A stretch of DNA of 64,000 nt, taken from positions 239,080 to 303,079 of the forward strand of contig NZ_CANMGY010000002.1 in NCBI RefSeq assembly GCF_947497555.1, read 5' to 3'. Below are positions 38,394 through 47,943 of the stretch, piece by piece. This DNA comes from an uncultured Umboniibacter sp. Lineage in GTDB: Bacteria > Pseudomonadota > Gammaproteobacteria > Pseudomonadales > DSM-25080. Numbering within the stretch: position 1 is the first letter of the stretch; each line of letters begins with the position of its first letter. Position numbers and translations under genes: made by a program. Below the pieces are notes generated by a model. It was not told the origin of the DNA. It saw only the letters and a program-made list of their open reading frames with translations, and did not search any database.

Positions 38394-41102
38394 TTAAGCC
38401 TGTTGAACCGCCAAAAGCAGTCTTTCAGCCAACTGCTTCGCAGCTGCCCGGTCTTCCACTCCCAGTTTTTGATAGAGACTGCGAATATGTGTTTTGATCG
38501 TACTCGGTGCCACCGAGAAGTGTTCAGCTATTTTCGCATTAGAGAAGTCCAAGTGAATAAGGTTAAAAACTTGCCATTCTCGGGGCGTCAGAGGTGATTG
38601 CCTGAGAATTTCTGGCAGCTGATCACTTTGCAAAATCTCTTCAATCACACTCGCATCGAGATCGATTCGAATTCGACCATCAAACTCGCGATGACGCTGA
38701 GTAATCCCAATGAGCTGCTCTGCAAGATCCGCTTCGCTCGCGGAGAGCTCAGTATCCTTAATGAGCCCCTTGAGCATTAGAATAAGCGGTTTACCACAGC
38801 GCAAGAAGCTAGCCCGTAAACCGGTGCCTAAAGCCATCCCTAACGCTCCATGTAATGCTTGGATAGATGCCTCTCTACTGCCCTGCTGCCATTCAAAGTA
38901 AGCTTCTATAATCAGGTTTTTATTAAGCTCAGTTACCAACTTAAATTGCTTGGCGAAGCGATTTAGACGTTTGATTAAACGCCCCGCATCAGCAAATCGC
39001 TGCAGCGCGATCATCGCCCGAACGACATTTCGACCATGGCGTTGTTCGAAGTGGTTAGAGGGTGCCTCGTTAACACTCAAAGCCGAATCCAACCATTCTT
39101 CAATTGCTGCTGTATCACCGAGAGCTTCCCAAATAGAGAGGCGTGCATAGTCTGCGTTAACGATCCAATCAAGGTGGTAGCGCTCTCGGCTCAAGAGATC
39201 ACCAAGTTTATCCAGCCAAGCTAAACAACTATCCTTATCGGCTTCGGCAAGCGCGATATTCGCCAACAGCGAATACTCCTGGAGTAATCGGCTTTCTCCA
39301 AGATGCTTATTGGCTGCCAACCCGAGGTTAATCCGTTCCTTTGCTCGTTCTAGGTTAAGTGACTCCCAGTCCTGCTGCGCGCCCAAACGAAAGATGAACT
39401 CCCCAACCGGTAGCATGTGTAGATGATGCTCTGCGATCAGTTCTCGGGCTTTATTTTGACACTGGACCGATAAGGTGGGTTTACCCTGAGCAAAGGCAAT
39501 CTCCGCTTGCTGACTAAGCGCCCAGACTGCATCCGGGAAATCCTTTTGTAGTCGCGATCGACGTTCGAGCTCACTCATCCGGGTAAATGCTTCGTTCAAA
39601 CGCCCAAGACAAAATGCCGACTCACCCATCACTAACGAGGCAACCGTATGATCAATTTCCGATTCATCAAGTAACTGCAGTGCTTCGTCGGCATATTCTC
39701 TCGCTTCTACAAAGTTACCTCGAGCAATCGACATTTGTGCCCTCAGAGTAGCGAAGGCACCCTCAACCGCCTGCCATTCTTCAGGCAGATTTAAGCGAAT
39801 ATAGCGCTCACCCAGCGTTAGCAGGTGCTCAACTTTATCGTATTCATATTGAGCCTGAGCGAGTTTGGCGCCGAGGACGGTCAAGCTTGGCGAGGCCACA
39901 ACACGTGCTTCACCAATAAATTCAAATGATCGTGCTAAAGTCCGATAGTGCCCCTTTAACAGTAATGTTGAGGCATAGCGTTCCATAATTTCCATGACCG
40001 AATCTACTGACTTCAGGGCCACAGCGTGGGTGAGTGACTCCAGCGGATCCTCAAGAGCCAACCAAGCTTTGAGTGCCGCTTCATGAACCGCTATTCGGTC
40101 ACTTGAGTTCAGCGAACGTTCGAGAAATTTAGCGAATACGGGATGAAAACGAAACCACGTTCTCGTGCGGTCAATCGGGGTAAGAAATAAACCACGGTGA
40201 TAGGCGGACGCTAATATATCACGCGCTCTAGGGCTGCCGCTTACTCGCTCAGCCATATCACCATCTATCCGCCGAAGCAGACTAACCCGAGCTAATACCT
40301 GTCGGGTTTCATCATCAAGTTTATCGAGTACCTCTTCCGCCAAGTAATCCAACAAATGGCTATGACCACGTTCAAAATCCGCCAAAAAGTCATCAACGTC
40401 TGACTCACTATCCACAGACAGTGCGAATAATTGAACTAGCGGCGCCCACCCTTCACTGAGTTCTTGCAATTGCAGTAGCGCTGACTCAGGAAGACGAAAA
40501 CCTAAACGCTTGAATAGCAGATCCGCGGTCTCATCGGCGGTGAGCGCAAGCGCATTATCATTGATCTCAAGTAGGCGATTAGAAACTCGGTAGCTTGCTA
40601 ACCCTAAGGACGGCAAACTGCGACTCGTAAAACCGAAACCAATTCCAGCTGGCGCGTGTTTAAGTAGATATTTAACCGCAGCCTCTACTTCCGTGTTATC
40701 AATAACATGAAAGTCGTCAAAAACGATTCTTAGTGGTGTATTTAGGCTGCGCAACTCCTCGAGCATTTCGGCAATAACCACGCGCAAATCTACTGCAGAC
40801 TTAGCTTCCACAATCGCTCGACTACGAGGAATACCTTTGCCGGTTGCTCGATGAACTGACTCGACTAGATAGGCGAGGAAATGACGGCCTTCATTATCGT
40901 TTTCATCCAACGAATACCAGGCTACTAGCGAGTCGGTTTCCTCAATAAAAGATGCCATTAACGTCGTCTTACCAAAACCTGCAGGCGCCACAATCGAGAT
41001 CACCTGATCATTGGTAGATTGCAATAATACGGAGGTGAGTCGCCCGCGATCCAGCATTAGATCGGAGACATCCGGCAAGCTTATTTTTGAGGTCAACAGC
41101 AT
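38394..41102 (-). CDS. malT: ATP-dependent transcriptional activator MalT (STAND/LuxR family)
   Basis: 902 aa. It has a Walker A APAGFGKTTL, a long helical sensor region and a C-terminal LuxR HTH (LTPREWQVFNLI....SNAKIAEHFSVAPSTIKTHIRSLYQKLGV). Confidence 0.9.
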   Translation of the reverse strand: MLLTSKISLPDVSDLMLDRGRLTSVLLQSTNDQVISIVAPAGFGKTTLMASFIEETDSLVAWYSLDENDNEGRHFLAYLVESVHRATGKGIPRSRAIVEAKSAVDLRVVIAEMLEELRSLNTPLRIVFDDFHVIDNTEVEAAVKYLLKHAPAGIGFGFTSRSLPSLGLASYRVSNRLLEINDNALALTADETADLLFKRLGFRLPESALLQLQELSEGWAPLVQLFALSVDSESDVDDFLADFERGHSHLLDYLAEEVLDKLDDETRQVLARVSLLRRIDGDMAERVSGSPRARDILASAYHRGLFLTPIDRTRTWFRFHPVFAKFLERSLNSSDRIAVHEAALKAWLALEDPLESLTHAVALKSVDSVMEIMERYASTLLLKGHYRTLARSFEFIGEARVVASPSLTVLGAKLAQAQYEYDKVEHLLTLGERYIRLNLPEEWQAVEGAFATLRAQMSIARGNFVEAREYADEALQLLDESEIDHTVASLVMGESAFCLGRLNEAFTRMSELERRSRLQKDFPDAVWALSQQAEIAFAQGKPTLSVQCQNKARELIAEHHLHMLPVGEFIFRLGAQQDWESLNLERAKERINLGLAANKHLGESRLLQEYSLLANIALAEADKDSCLAWLDKLGDLLSRERYHLDWIVNADYARLSIWEALGDTAAIEEWLDSALSVNEAPSNHFEQRHGRNVVRAMIALQRFADAGRLIKRLNRFAKQFKLVTELNKNLIIEAYFEWQQGSREASIQALHGALGMALGTGLRASFLRCGKPLILMLKGLIKDTELSASEADLAEQLIGITQRHREFDGRIRIDLDASVIEEILQSDQLPEILRQSPLTPREWQVFNLIHLDFSNAKIAEHFSVAPSTIKTHIRSLYQKLGVEDRAAAKQLAERLLLAVQQA

Positions 41103-41150
41103 GGGTAAATCCTAGGTGTAACAATTATTTATTATTTTAGTTATGGATGC

Positions 41151-41169
41151 GCCCCCATTGGGAGGAGGC
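41151..41169 (+). promoter_or_regulatory. C5-ATT-GGGAGGAGG element (copy 3 of 3); best match to the enterobacterial MalT box
   Basis: gcccccattgggaggaggc lies in the divergent malT/GH31 region. TGGGAGGAGG matches GGGGA(T/G)GAGG at 9 of 10 positions and is oriented toward the GH31 gene. Confidence 0.5.
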
Positions 41170-41309
41170 AACAAATAGATTTAGCTCATATTATCATATT
41201 CATCACGACAACCTATCTTGATCTGCCTGCGCAATATAAACAAGCCATGGCGATTTTGGAAGTCGACTAAAGTGAATTATTGAGCATCGTTACCACTAAG
41301 GAACATTTC

Positions 41310-43709
41310 ATGTTAACTCGCCTCGCCAACTTCAGTATTGCCGCGATAGCCTTTTTCGCCGCGGCTATCTGTCATGCAGATAAGCTCCTTAGTTATGAAT
41401 TTTCGACATCCAGTTTATCCCTCTCTACTACAGAGGGGTACTACCATCTCGAACTGCTTCACGAAGACGCCATCCGTGTAGATTTCATGGCAACATTAGA
41501 GAATAGAGCTCCGTCCAGAGCTATTTCACCCAATCTCAGTCCCACTCAGGCTGGCTTTAATGAAGCGGGCCAACAGCTAGTCTTCGGTTCGAATACATTA
41601 CAAGCCGTAATTCACTCAGACCCGCTTTCCATCAAGTTCCTTCGTGATGGTGAGCTGGTGTTGACCGAAACACTTAATATCCAATCCGATTCTGGCGCCA
41701 GTAGCGCAGTCTTTTCTATTACTGATAATGAGATACTCATGGGCGGCGGTTCAAGGGTATTGGGAGTCGATCGTCGCGGCCATAAATTACCTCTCTACAA
41801 TCGCGCTCATTACGGTTTCGAAACGCACAGCGAACAAATGTACTATTCCTTGCCCTTAATTCTCTCTGATAAACACTATGCGATTCTTTGGGATAATCCT
41901 TCCTCCGGATGGTTGGACCTAGACAGTAGTGCTAATAACCAGCTCCAGTTCGCGAGCGATTTTGGCCCAGCCTCCTTTGTCATCATTGCCGGAGACTCAC
42001 TGCAATCACTTGTTAGAAACTATGTTAAGACCACGGGGTATCAACCGCTTCCACCTCGCTGGTCCCTGGGGTTGTATGCATCGCGCTTCGGTTACCACTC
42101 AGAACAGGAGGCACGTGAGGTAGTGGCCGCCTTCAAGGAACAAGACTTTCCACTGGACGCGATTGTGCTCGACCTCTATTGGTTCGGCAAAGAGATGAAA
42201 GGCACGATGGGAAACCTGGAGTGGGATGCGGACAACTGGCCGACTCCCGGAAAAATGATCAGCGACTTTCAGGATAGTGGCGTAAACACTGTGCTCATCA
42301 CCGAACCCTTTATTCTGACTAGCTCGTCTAAATGGGACAGCGCTGTTGAAGCCGAAGCGTTGGCCGTCAATCACGAAGGACATCCCAAAACCTTCGACTT
42401 TTACTTTGGCAACACCGGCTTGGTAGACGTCTTTTCCGACGCGGGTCAAAACTGGTTTGCGCAGAATTACCGTCGGCTGGCGAGCTATGGTGTCGCTGGA
42501 TGGTGGGGGGACTTAGGTGAACCTGAGGTTCACCCCGAGGATAGCTTCCATCAGGTGAGCGATCAGTTACTTCCCGCTAATTCTCTACACAATGCCTACG
42601 GGCACCAGTGGGCAAACCTATTAGACGAAACACTCCGTAGCGAACAGCCCAATCAACGACCCTTTATTATGATGCGAGCGGGCTACGCGGGCTCTCAGCG
42701 ATTCGGTTTAATTCCCTGGACTGGCGACGTCAATCGTTCATGGGGTGGACTACAATCTCAGGTTGAGCTCTCCCTGCAGGCCGGACTTCAGGGTCTGGCC
42801 TATATGCACTCAGATATTGGCGGTTTTGCCGGTGGCGAGGTATTTGACCCGGAACTTTACGTACGCTGGTTCCAGTATGGTGTGTTTCAACCTGTACTCC
42901 GTCCTCACGCCCAAGAGAACATAGCCTCGGAACCCGTATTTCATGACGCCGATACCCAGTCACTTACCCGTCCCTACGCAAAGCTGCGATATCGTTTACT
43001 GCCCTATCTCTATAGTCTATCGTACCTCAATAGTACGCTGGGAGATCCAATGATGCGGCCGATGAGCTACCTCACTAACAATCAGAATGATCTATTGAAC
43101 ACTTCTCAGTACCTCTACGGTGATGCTTTCTTAGTCCACCCCATTGTTGAAGACGGGAAGCGGCATGCCGAGATCAATCTCCCTAGTGGCTACTATTGGT
43201 ATGATTTTTGGTCCAACGACGTTTATACCGGTGGCCAAACTATTCGCTACGAAGCTCCCATCAGCCGACTACCCCTGCTAGTTCGGGGCGGCTCTTTCGT
43301 GACCATGACCCGAGAGGAGCTCGCCAACACCGCTGCCTACCAGGGGGACGAATTGGATATCCACTTCTATTTTGATGCCAATGTTTCGCTAAGCAGCGGG
43401 CAGATTTTTGAAGACGATGGGCAGGATCCGAATTCAATTACCAATAATAGCTTCGAGCTCATTAACTTAACCGTGGAACATGATGGTTCGGTACTTCGAG
43501 GAGCAATCATCAGCCAAGGTGATGGATATCAGGGGATGCCCGATCAGCGTGACCTTCGAATAATCATTCACGGCCTAAGCGAAGCGCCAACTGAGCTGTT
43601 AGTTAACGGCTCTTCCCAGTCAATCGAGTTCGATGGTGAGTCCCAAACGCTGTCATTTTCTCTACAACATACATTACGCACCGAAACTCAATGGAAGCTG
43701 AAACTATGA
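41310..43709 (+). CDS. exported GH31 alpha-glucosidase
   Basis: Start trimmed to ATG 41310, which has an AAGGAA upstream. It has a signal peptide ending ICHA. GVAGWWGDLGEPE and HSDIGGF are GH31 catalytic-region motifs. Confidence 0.85.
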   Translation: MLTRLANFSIAAIAFFAAAICHADKLLSYEFSTSSLSLSTTEGYYHLELLHEDAIRVDFMATLENRAPSRAISPNLSPTQAGFNEAGQQLVFGSNTLQAVIHSDPLSIKFLRDGELVLTETLNIQSDSGASSAVFSITDNEILMGGGSRVLGVDRRGHKLPLYNRAHYGFETHSEQMYYSLPLILSDKHYAILWDNPSSGWLDLDSSANNQLQFASDFGPASFVIIAGDSLQSLVRNYVKTTGYQPLPPRWSLGLYASRFGYHSEQEAREVVAAFKEQDFPLDAIVLDLYWFGKEMKGTMGNLEWDADNWPTPGKMISDFQDSGVNTVLITEPFILTSSSKWDSAVEAEALAVNHEGHPKTFDFYFGNTGLVDVFSDAGQNWFAQNYRRLASYGVAGWWGDLGEPEVHPEDSFHQVSDQLLPANSLHNAYGHQWANLLDETLRSEQPNQRPFIMMRAGYAGSQRFGLIPWTGDVNRSWGGLQSQVELSLQAGLQGLAYMHSDIGGFAGGEVFDPELYVRWFQYGVFQPVLRPHAQENIASEPVFHDADTQSLTRPYAKLRYRLLPYLYSLSYLNSTLGDPMMRPMSYLTNNQNDLLNTSQYLYGDAFLVHPIVEDGKRHAEINLPSGYYWYDFWSNDVYTGGQTIRYEAPISRLPLLVRGGSFVTMTREELANTAAYQGDELDIHFYFDANVSLSSGQIFEDDGQDPNSITNNSFELINLTVEHDGSVLRGAIISQGDGYQGMPDQRDLRIIIHGLSEAPTELLVNGSSQSIEFDGESQTLSFSLQHTLRTETQWKLKL

Positions 43710-45598
43710 GCCTTAAGCCCTCTCGCCGAACGCTACAAGCTATTCTCGCCACCCTCATGATCATTGGCTGTAGTGCAGAACAACCCAGCCAAGATCAAGC
43801 GCAAGAAACCACCGATGATCAGACTTCTTCAGAGCAAACTAAAGTGGTGATCTACCAGGTTTTCACGCGTCTTTTTGGCAACACAGAGACGGCTAATATC
43901 CCCTGGGGAACGATTGAACAAAATGGCGTGGGCAAGTTTAGCGACTTCACTCCCGAGGCACTCCAGGGTATTCGCGAACTCGGAACTACCCATATTTGGT
44001 ATACTGGCGTGCCTCACCATGCAGTTATTCGCGATTATAGCGCCATCGGAATTAGCCTTGATGACCCCGATGTGGTTAAGGGGCGAGCGGGTTCACCGTA
44101 CGCCGTTAAAGACTACTACAACGTCAATCCTGATCTCGCTGACGACCCTCTCGAGCGCCTTGAAGAATTCGATGCGCTCATTGCACGTACCCACAATGCT
44201 GGCATGAAGGTCATTATTGATATTGTCCCCAATCATGTCGCTCGCCGCTATGAATCAATTTCCGCCCCAGCTGGAATAGAGAGCTTTGGCGCTAACGACG
44301 ACACGTCAGTAGAATATGCGCGAGACAACAACTTCTACTACATTCTGGGTGAAGAGTTCTCAGTCCCAGAACCTATCAACGGCATACTCCCGCTAAATGG
44401 CGAGGCTCATTCATACTCCGATGGGCTCTTCAGTGAGTCCCCCGCTAAGTGGACCGGTAATGGCTCTCGACTGGCGCAACCCCACGCTAATGACTGGTAT
44501 GAGACAGTCAAAATTAATTATGGAGTTAGGCCCGATGGGAGTTATGACTTCCCCACCCTTCCTCCGGAACTCCATGGCGCTAATTTTCGCGAACATCTCA
44601 ATTTTTGGGATAGCGTAGACGTTCCTGATTCGTGGCAGAAGTTTCGCGATATTACCCAATTTTGGTTAGCGCGCGGCGTTGATGGCTTCCGCTACGACAT
44701 GGCAGAAATGGTTCCGGTGGAATTCTGGAGTTACCTCAACAGCCATATCAAAGCAACTCATGCAGATGCCTTTTTACTAGCCGAAGTTTATAACCCTGAT
44801 CTGTATCGCAGCTACCTACATCTAGGACTCATGGATACGCTCTACGACAAGGTCGGTTTTTACGACACCCTAAAGCCGTTGATGCAGGGTGGCGGCTCTG
44901 TGACGAAGCTCTTTGCTATTCACGAAACCGTTGCTGATATCAGTCCACGGATGCTACATTTTCTTGAGAATCACGATGAGCAAAGGATTGCTAGCGATGA
45001 ATTCGCAGGCAGTGCACTACCAGGTAGACCTGGAATGTTAGTGTCGGCAACCATTTCAAGCTCTCCCACACTACTTTATTTCGGGCAAGATGTTGGCGAA
45101 GATGGCATGCTTGATGCCGGCTTTGGTAGGCGAACGCGCACGACGATCTTTGACTATTGGGGTGTACCCGCCCATCAACGATGGATGAATAACGGAGCTT
45201 TCGATGGCGGTAAATTGAGCGAAGATGAGGAAGCGCTGCGTGAGTTCTATACCAACCTAATGGGTTTCACGGCCAATAGCTCTGCCGTCATGGGTGATAT
45301 GATTGAACTTCATTCCCATAATTTAGAGGCCAACACTGGCTACAGTGATCAAGATATGGCCTTTCTGAGGATTCGGGATGGCGAATGGTTTTTAACGGTC
45401 GCAAGTTTTCGCAATAGTCCTGCTTCCTATACCCTCATAATTCCTAATGACATCAAAGCGCGACTTAGCATGAGCGAACAGACCCGATTAATTGACAGAC
45501 TTAGTAACCAGCCGATTGAATTTACCCTCGACAATGACGGGGCTAAAATTCATATTAATGTCGAGGCATTCAACGGATTAATAGTCAGTTCGCAATAG
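43706..45598 (+). CDS. GH13 alpha-amylase-family lipoprotein
   Basis: The ATG overlaps the GH31 stop (ATGA). It has a lipobox MIIGC and the GH13 regions IIDIVPNHVA, GFRYDMAEMV, LLAEVY and FLENHD. Confidence 0.85.
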   Translation: MSLKPSRRTLQAILATLMIIGCSAEQPSQDQAQETTDDQTSSEQTKVVIYQVFTRLFGNTETANIPWGTIEQNGVGKFSDFTPEALQGIRELGTTHIWYTGVPHHAVIRDYSAIGISLDDPDVVKGRAGSPYAVKDYYNVNPDLADDPLERLEEFDALIARTHNAGMKVIIDIVPNHVARRYESISAPAGIESFGANDDTSVEYARDNNFYYILGEEFSVPEPINGILPLNGEAHSYSDGLFSESPAKWTGNGSRLAQPHANDWYETVKINYGVRPDGSYDFPTLPPELHGANFREHLNFWDSVDVPDSWQKFRDITQFWLARGVDGFRYDMAEMVPVEFWSYLNSHIKATHADAFLLAEVYNPDLYRSYLHLGLMDTLYDKVGFYDTLKPLMQGGGSVTKLFAIHETVADISPRMLHFLENHDEQRIASDEFAGSALPGRPGMLVSATISSSPTLLYFGQDVGEDGMLDAGFGRRTRTTIFDYWGVPAHQRWMNNGAFDGGKLSEDEEALREFYTNLMGFTANSSAVMGDMIELHSHNLEANTGYSDQDMAFLRIRDGEWFLTVASFRNSPASYTLIIPNDIKARLSMSEQTRLIDRLSNQPIEFTLDNDGAKIHINVEAFNGLIVSSQ

Positions 45599-45710
45599 GT
45601 TTACACACGCTTAACTGAGCTTATTCGAATCAATCTGGTACGAATTTTTGCCCCGCAGTAGCGTGAATTTAATTGAACTTTTGATGAACGCCAGGACACA
45701 TTCCGAACGT

Positions 45711-45742
45711 AAAAAAAGCGAAGTAGTTACTTCGCTTTTTTT
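45711..45742. terminator. bidirectional terminator between the GH13 lipoprotein gene and the sugar kinase gene
   Basis: A 9-bp stem AGCGAAGTA/TACTTCGCT is flanked by A7 and T7. Confidence 0.8.
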
Positions 45743-45763
45743 ATGACTGATGAACGCCTTTGA

Positions 45764-46654
45764 CTATTTTTTAAAATGTTGTTGCCGAGCAAAATACAAG
45801 GCGCCAACTTCCGGTTCTTCAAGAGTAGGTTGCACCACCGCTTGAACACGTTCATCCATAAATGGCAGTACAATGGGTGCCAATCCACCAACCATTGAGA
45901 AGCGCTGTGGAGATTGATCAAGTAGTCGCATCGCAAGTCTTGATAGATAACCCGCACCTTCGTGAATGACTTCTAGTGCAACTTTGTCACCCTCTTCGGC
46001 AGCTTGGAACACAACACTTGCCAATTGTGCGAAGTTGCGTGCAGGCTTATTAGCCATTACTTCCATAATATCTAAGTGATGACTAATCGATAATTTCTCG
46101 AGCAGTATGTCTAGCATCTTGGTGCTTGGCGACAACTGATCGGCCGAACTTAAAGCCAACCGAACCGCTTGTAAACCAAACCAAGCCCCACTGCCCATAT
46201 CACCCTGAAGAAAACCATGGCCACCCAGGATAAAATGGTCGTTGTCTTTAACACTAATACCGATGGACCCAGTACCAACAATCATCACCGCGCCGTCACT
46301 CCCTTTATGCGCGCCGATACAGGCACTATGAAGGTCTGTCGTTAAATAAAACTCTGCAAAGGGATGAGACCACGCCAGCATCTTATCTCGTCCAGCGCTG
46401 AAGTTGACACCAGCTAAACCAGCACCCGCAATGAGGTTGGGCATCAAACTGCGATCAAGCTTGGCATCGTCAAGAGCCAGCTCAACTGACTCCACAATTG
46501 AGCTAATCGCTGTTTCGTAATCATTCATAGGGTTAGCAGGACCCGATACCCCAGTCCCTAAAATATGATCATTTTCGTCAACGATAATGGAACGACATTT
46601 ACTGCCGCCACCGTCGATGCCTACAAAAAGGGGCTGTGTTGAATTTATCGACAT
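45764..46654 (-). CDS. BadF/BadG/BcrA/BcrD-type ATPase, N-acetylglucosamine-kinase-like sugar kinase (candidate glucokinase of the cluster)
   Basis: 296 aa. It has an N-terminal phosphate-1 motif LFVGIDGGGSKCR and a later MIVGTGSIG. Confidence 0.7.
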   Translation of the reverse strand: MSINSTQPLFVGIDGGGSKCRSIIVDENDHILGTGVSGPANPMNDYETAISSIVESVELALDDAKLDRSLMPNLIAGAGLAGVNFSAGRDKMLAWSHPFAEFYLTTDLHSACIGAHKGSDGAVMIVGTGSIGISVKDNDHFILGGHGFLQGDMGSGAWFGLQAVRLALSSADQLSPSTKMLDILLEKLSISHHLDIMEVMANKPARNFAQLASVVFQAAEEGDKVALEVIHEGAGYLSRLAMRLLDQSPQRFSMVGGLAPIVLPFMDERVQAVVQPTLEEPEVGALYFARQQHFKK

Positions 46655-46746
46655 TTACTACTCCGGTATCTTGCTTAGGTCAAAAGCTCAAAGGGCTTAC
46701 CTAGCCTAGCTTCTTTTTATATTGTGGTAGAAGTTTAACGCTAAAC

Positions 46747-46760
46747 TGACAGCGCTGTCA
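46747..46760. promoter_or_regulatory. perfect 14-bp palindrome TGACAGCGCTGTCA, a candidate LacI-family operator
   Basis: It lies in the divergent region between the kinase gene (start 46654) and the LacI gene. The central CG and TG...CA ends fit the generic LacI/GalR operator pattern TGNNANCGNTNNCA. Confidence 0.6.
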
Positions 46761-46795
46761 TTTACTTTTTTACAATTGCTTGAAATTACTCTACA

Positions 46796-47857
46796 TTGGC
46801 TAAATATATTGATTTACTAAAAAATTTTGGGGATGTTTTGAGAGCTACTATTGATGACGTGGCAGCGCTAGCGGGTGTTTCGATTAAGACGGTTTCACGG
46901 GTAATGAACAACGAGTCTTCCGTGAGAGCAACGACCAAAGCGCGTGTCTTAGAGGCAGTCAACGAACTGAAGTATCGCCCAAGTACGGCGGCGCGGAGCT
47001 TTGCCTCAAAGCATTCTTTCACTATCGCCTGTCTTTATCAGAATCCGAATGCCTACTATGTTACCGACCTCCAGACTGGTTTATTAAACGTACTACGAAA
47101 GAATAACTATGAACTCGTCATCCATCCCACTTCATTCGAAGATAATTGGCAGGAACTAATCAGTTCATTAAAGAATCAAGCTCGCGTAGCTGGGGTCGTA
47201 CTGACTTCTCCCTTTTCTGAAAATCCAGAATTCTTAGCTGCATTAGAAGCCGCACAAATTGATTACGTAAAGATTATCTCAGCGCCTCCACCCAGCGAAG
47301 AGACCACGGATTCGACATCGGTTTTCGTTAATGACTTCGATGGTGCTCGCCAGGTAACAAGACACCTTATTGAGCTGGGACATCGTCAGATTGCATTTAT
47401 CAAAGGCTCTATGGATCATTATTCAACCCAGCAACGTTATTCCGGCTATTTATCAGCGTTGCGCGAGGCATCGATTCCTGAGCCAAAGTCCCTGATCGTC
47501 TCGACTGAATACACCTTTGATTCGGGTCAAAAGACAGCGCTTGAATTGCTTTCCCGAACGCATAAACCTAGCGCCATTTTGGCGGGTAACGATGAAATGG
47601 CTGCTGGGGTGCTCTCCGCAGCCCGAAAATTGGCGCTGAATTGCCCAGAGGATTTAGCGATAGCCGGATTTGAAAATAGCCCCTTTTCGAAACAAAGCTG
47701 GCCGCGTTTAACAACCGTGCATCAAAACAATATCTATATTGCAGAGTTAGCAGCGCAACGGCTTTTGGATATTGTCTCGCAATCTAAAAAAGAGCTACCG
47801 AGCCTTTGCTATAATCCCCGAATCATCAAACGAGAGTCAACCTTGGGAGAGGACTAA
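46796..47857 (+). CDS. LacI-family transcriptional regulator
   Basis: It has the HTH ATIDDVAALAGVSIKTVSRVMNN and a periplasmic-binding-protein-like core. The true start may be the in-frame TTG at 46838, giving MRATIDDVA. Confidence 0.85.
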   Translation: MAKYIDLLKNFGDVLRATIDDVAALAGVSIKTVSRVMNNESSVRATTKARVLEAVNELKYRPSTAARSFASKHSFTIACLYQNPNAYYVTDLQTGLLNVLRKNNYELVIHPTSFEDNWQELISSLKNQARVAGVVLTSPFSENPEFLAALEAAQIDYVKIISAPPPSEETTDSTSVFVNDFDGARQVTRHLIELGHRQIAFIKGSMDHYSTQQRYSGYLSALREASIPEPKSLIVSTEYTFDSGQKTALELLSRTHKPSAILAGNDEMAAGVLSAARKLALNCPEDLAIAGFENSPFSKQSWPRLTTVHQNNIYIAELAAQRLLDIVSQSKKELPSLCYNPRIIKRESTLGED

Positions 47858-47872
47858 CTCATCACGCCAATC

Positions 47873-47907
47873 AAAAAAGCCTCGAAAACTAGGTTTCCGA
47901 GGCTTTC
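47873..47907. terminator. hairpin terminator between convergent lacI-family gene and tdh
   Basis: Stem AGCCTCG...CGAGGCT has an A6 run on the plus side, which gives U6 for the minus-strand tdh transcript. Confidence 0.6.
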
Positions 47908-47943
47908 ATTACAGCGCTTAGTTTAAGCTAGCTAATCTAATAC

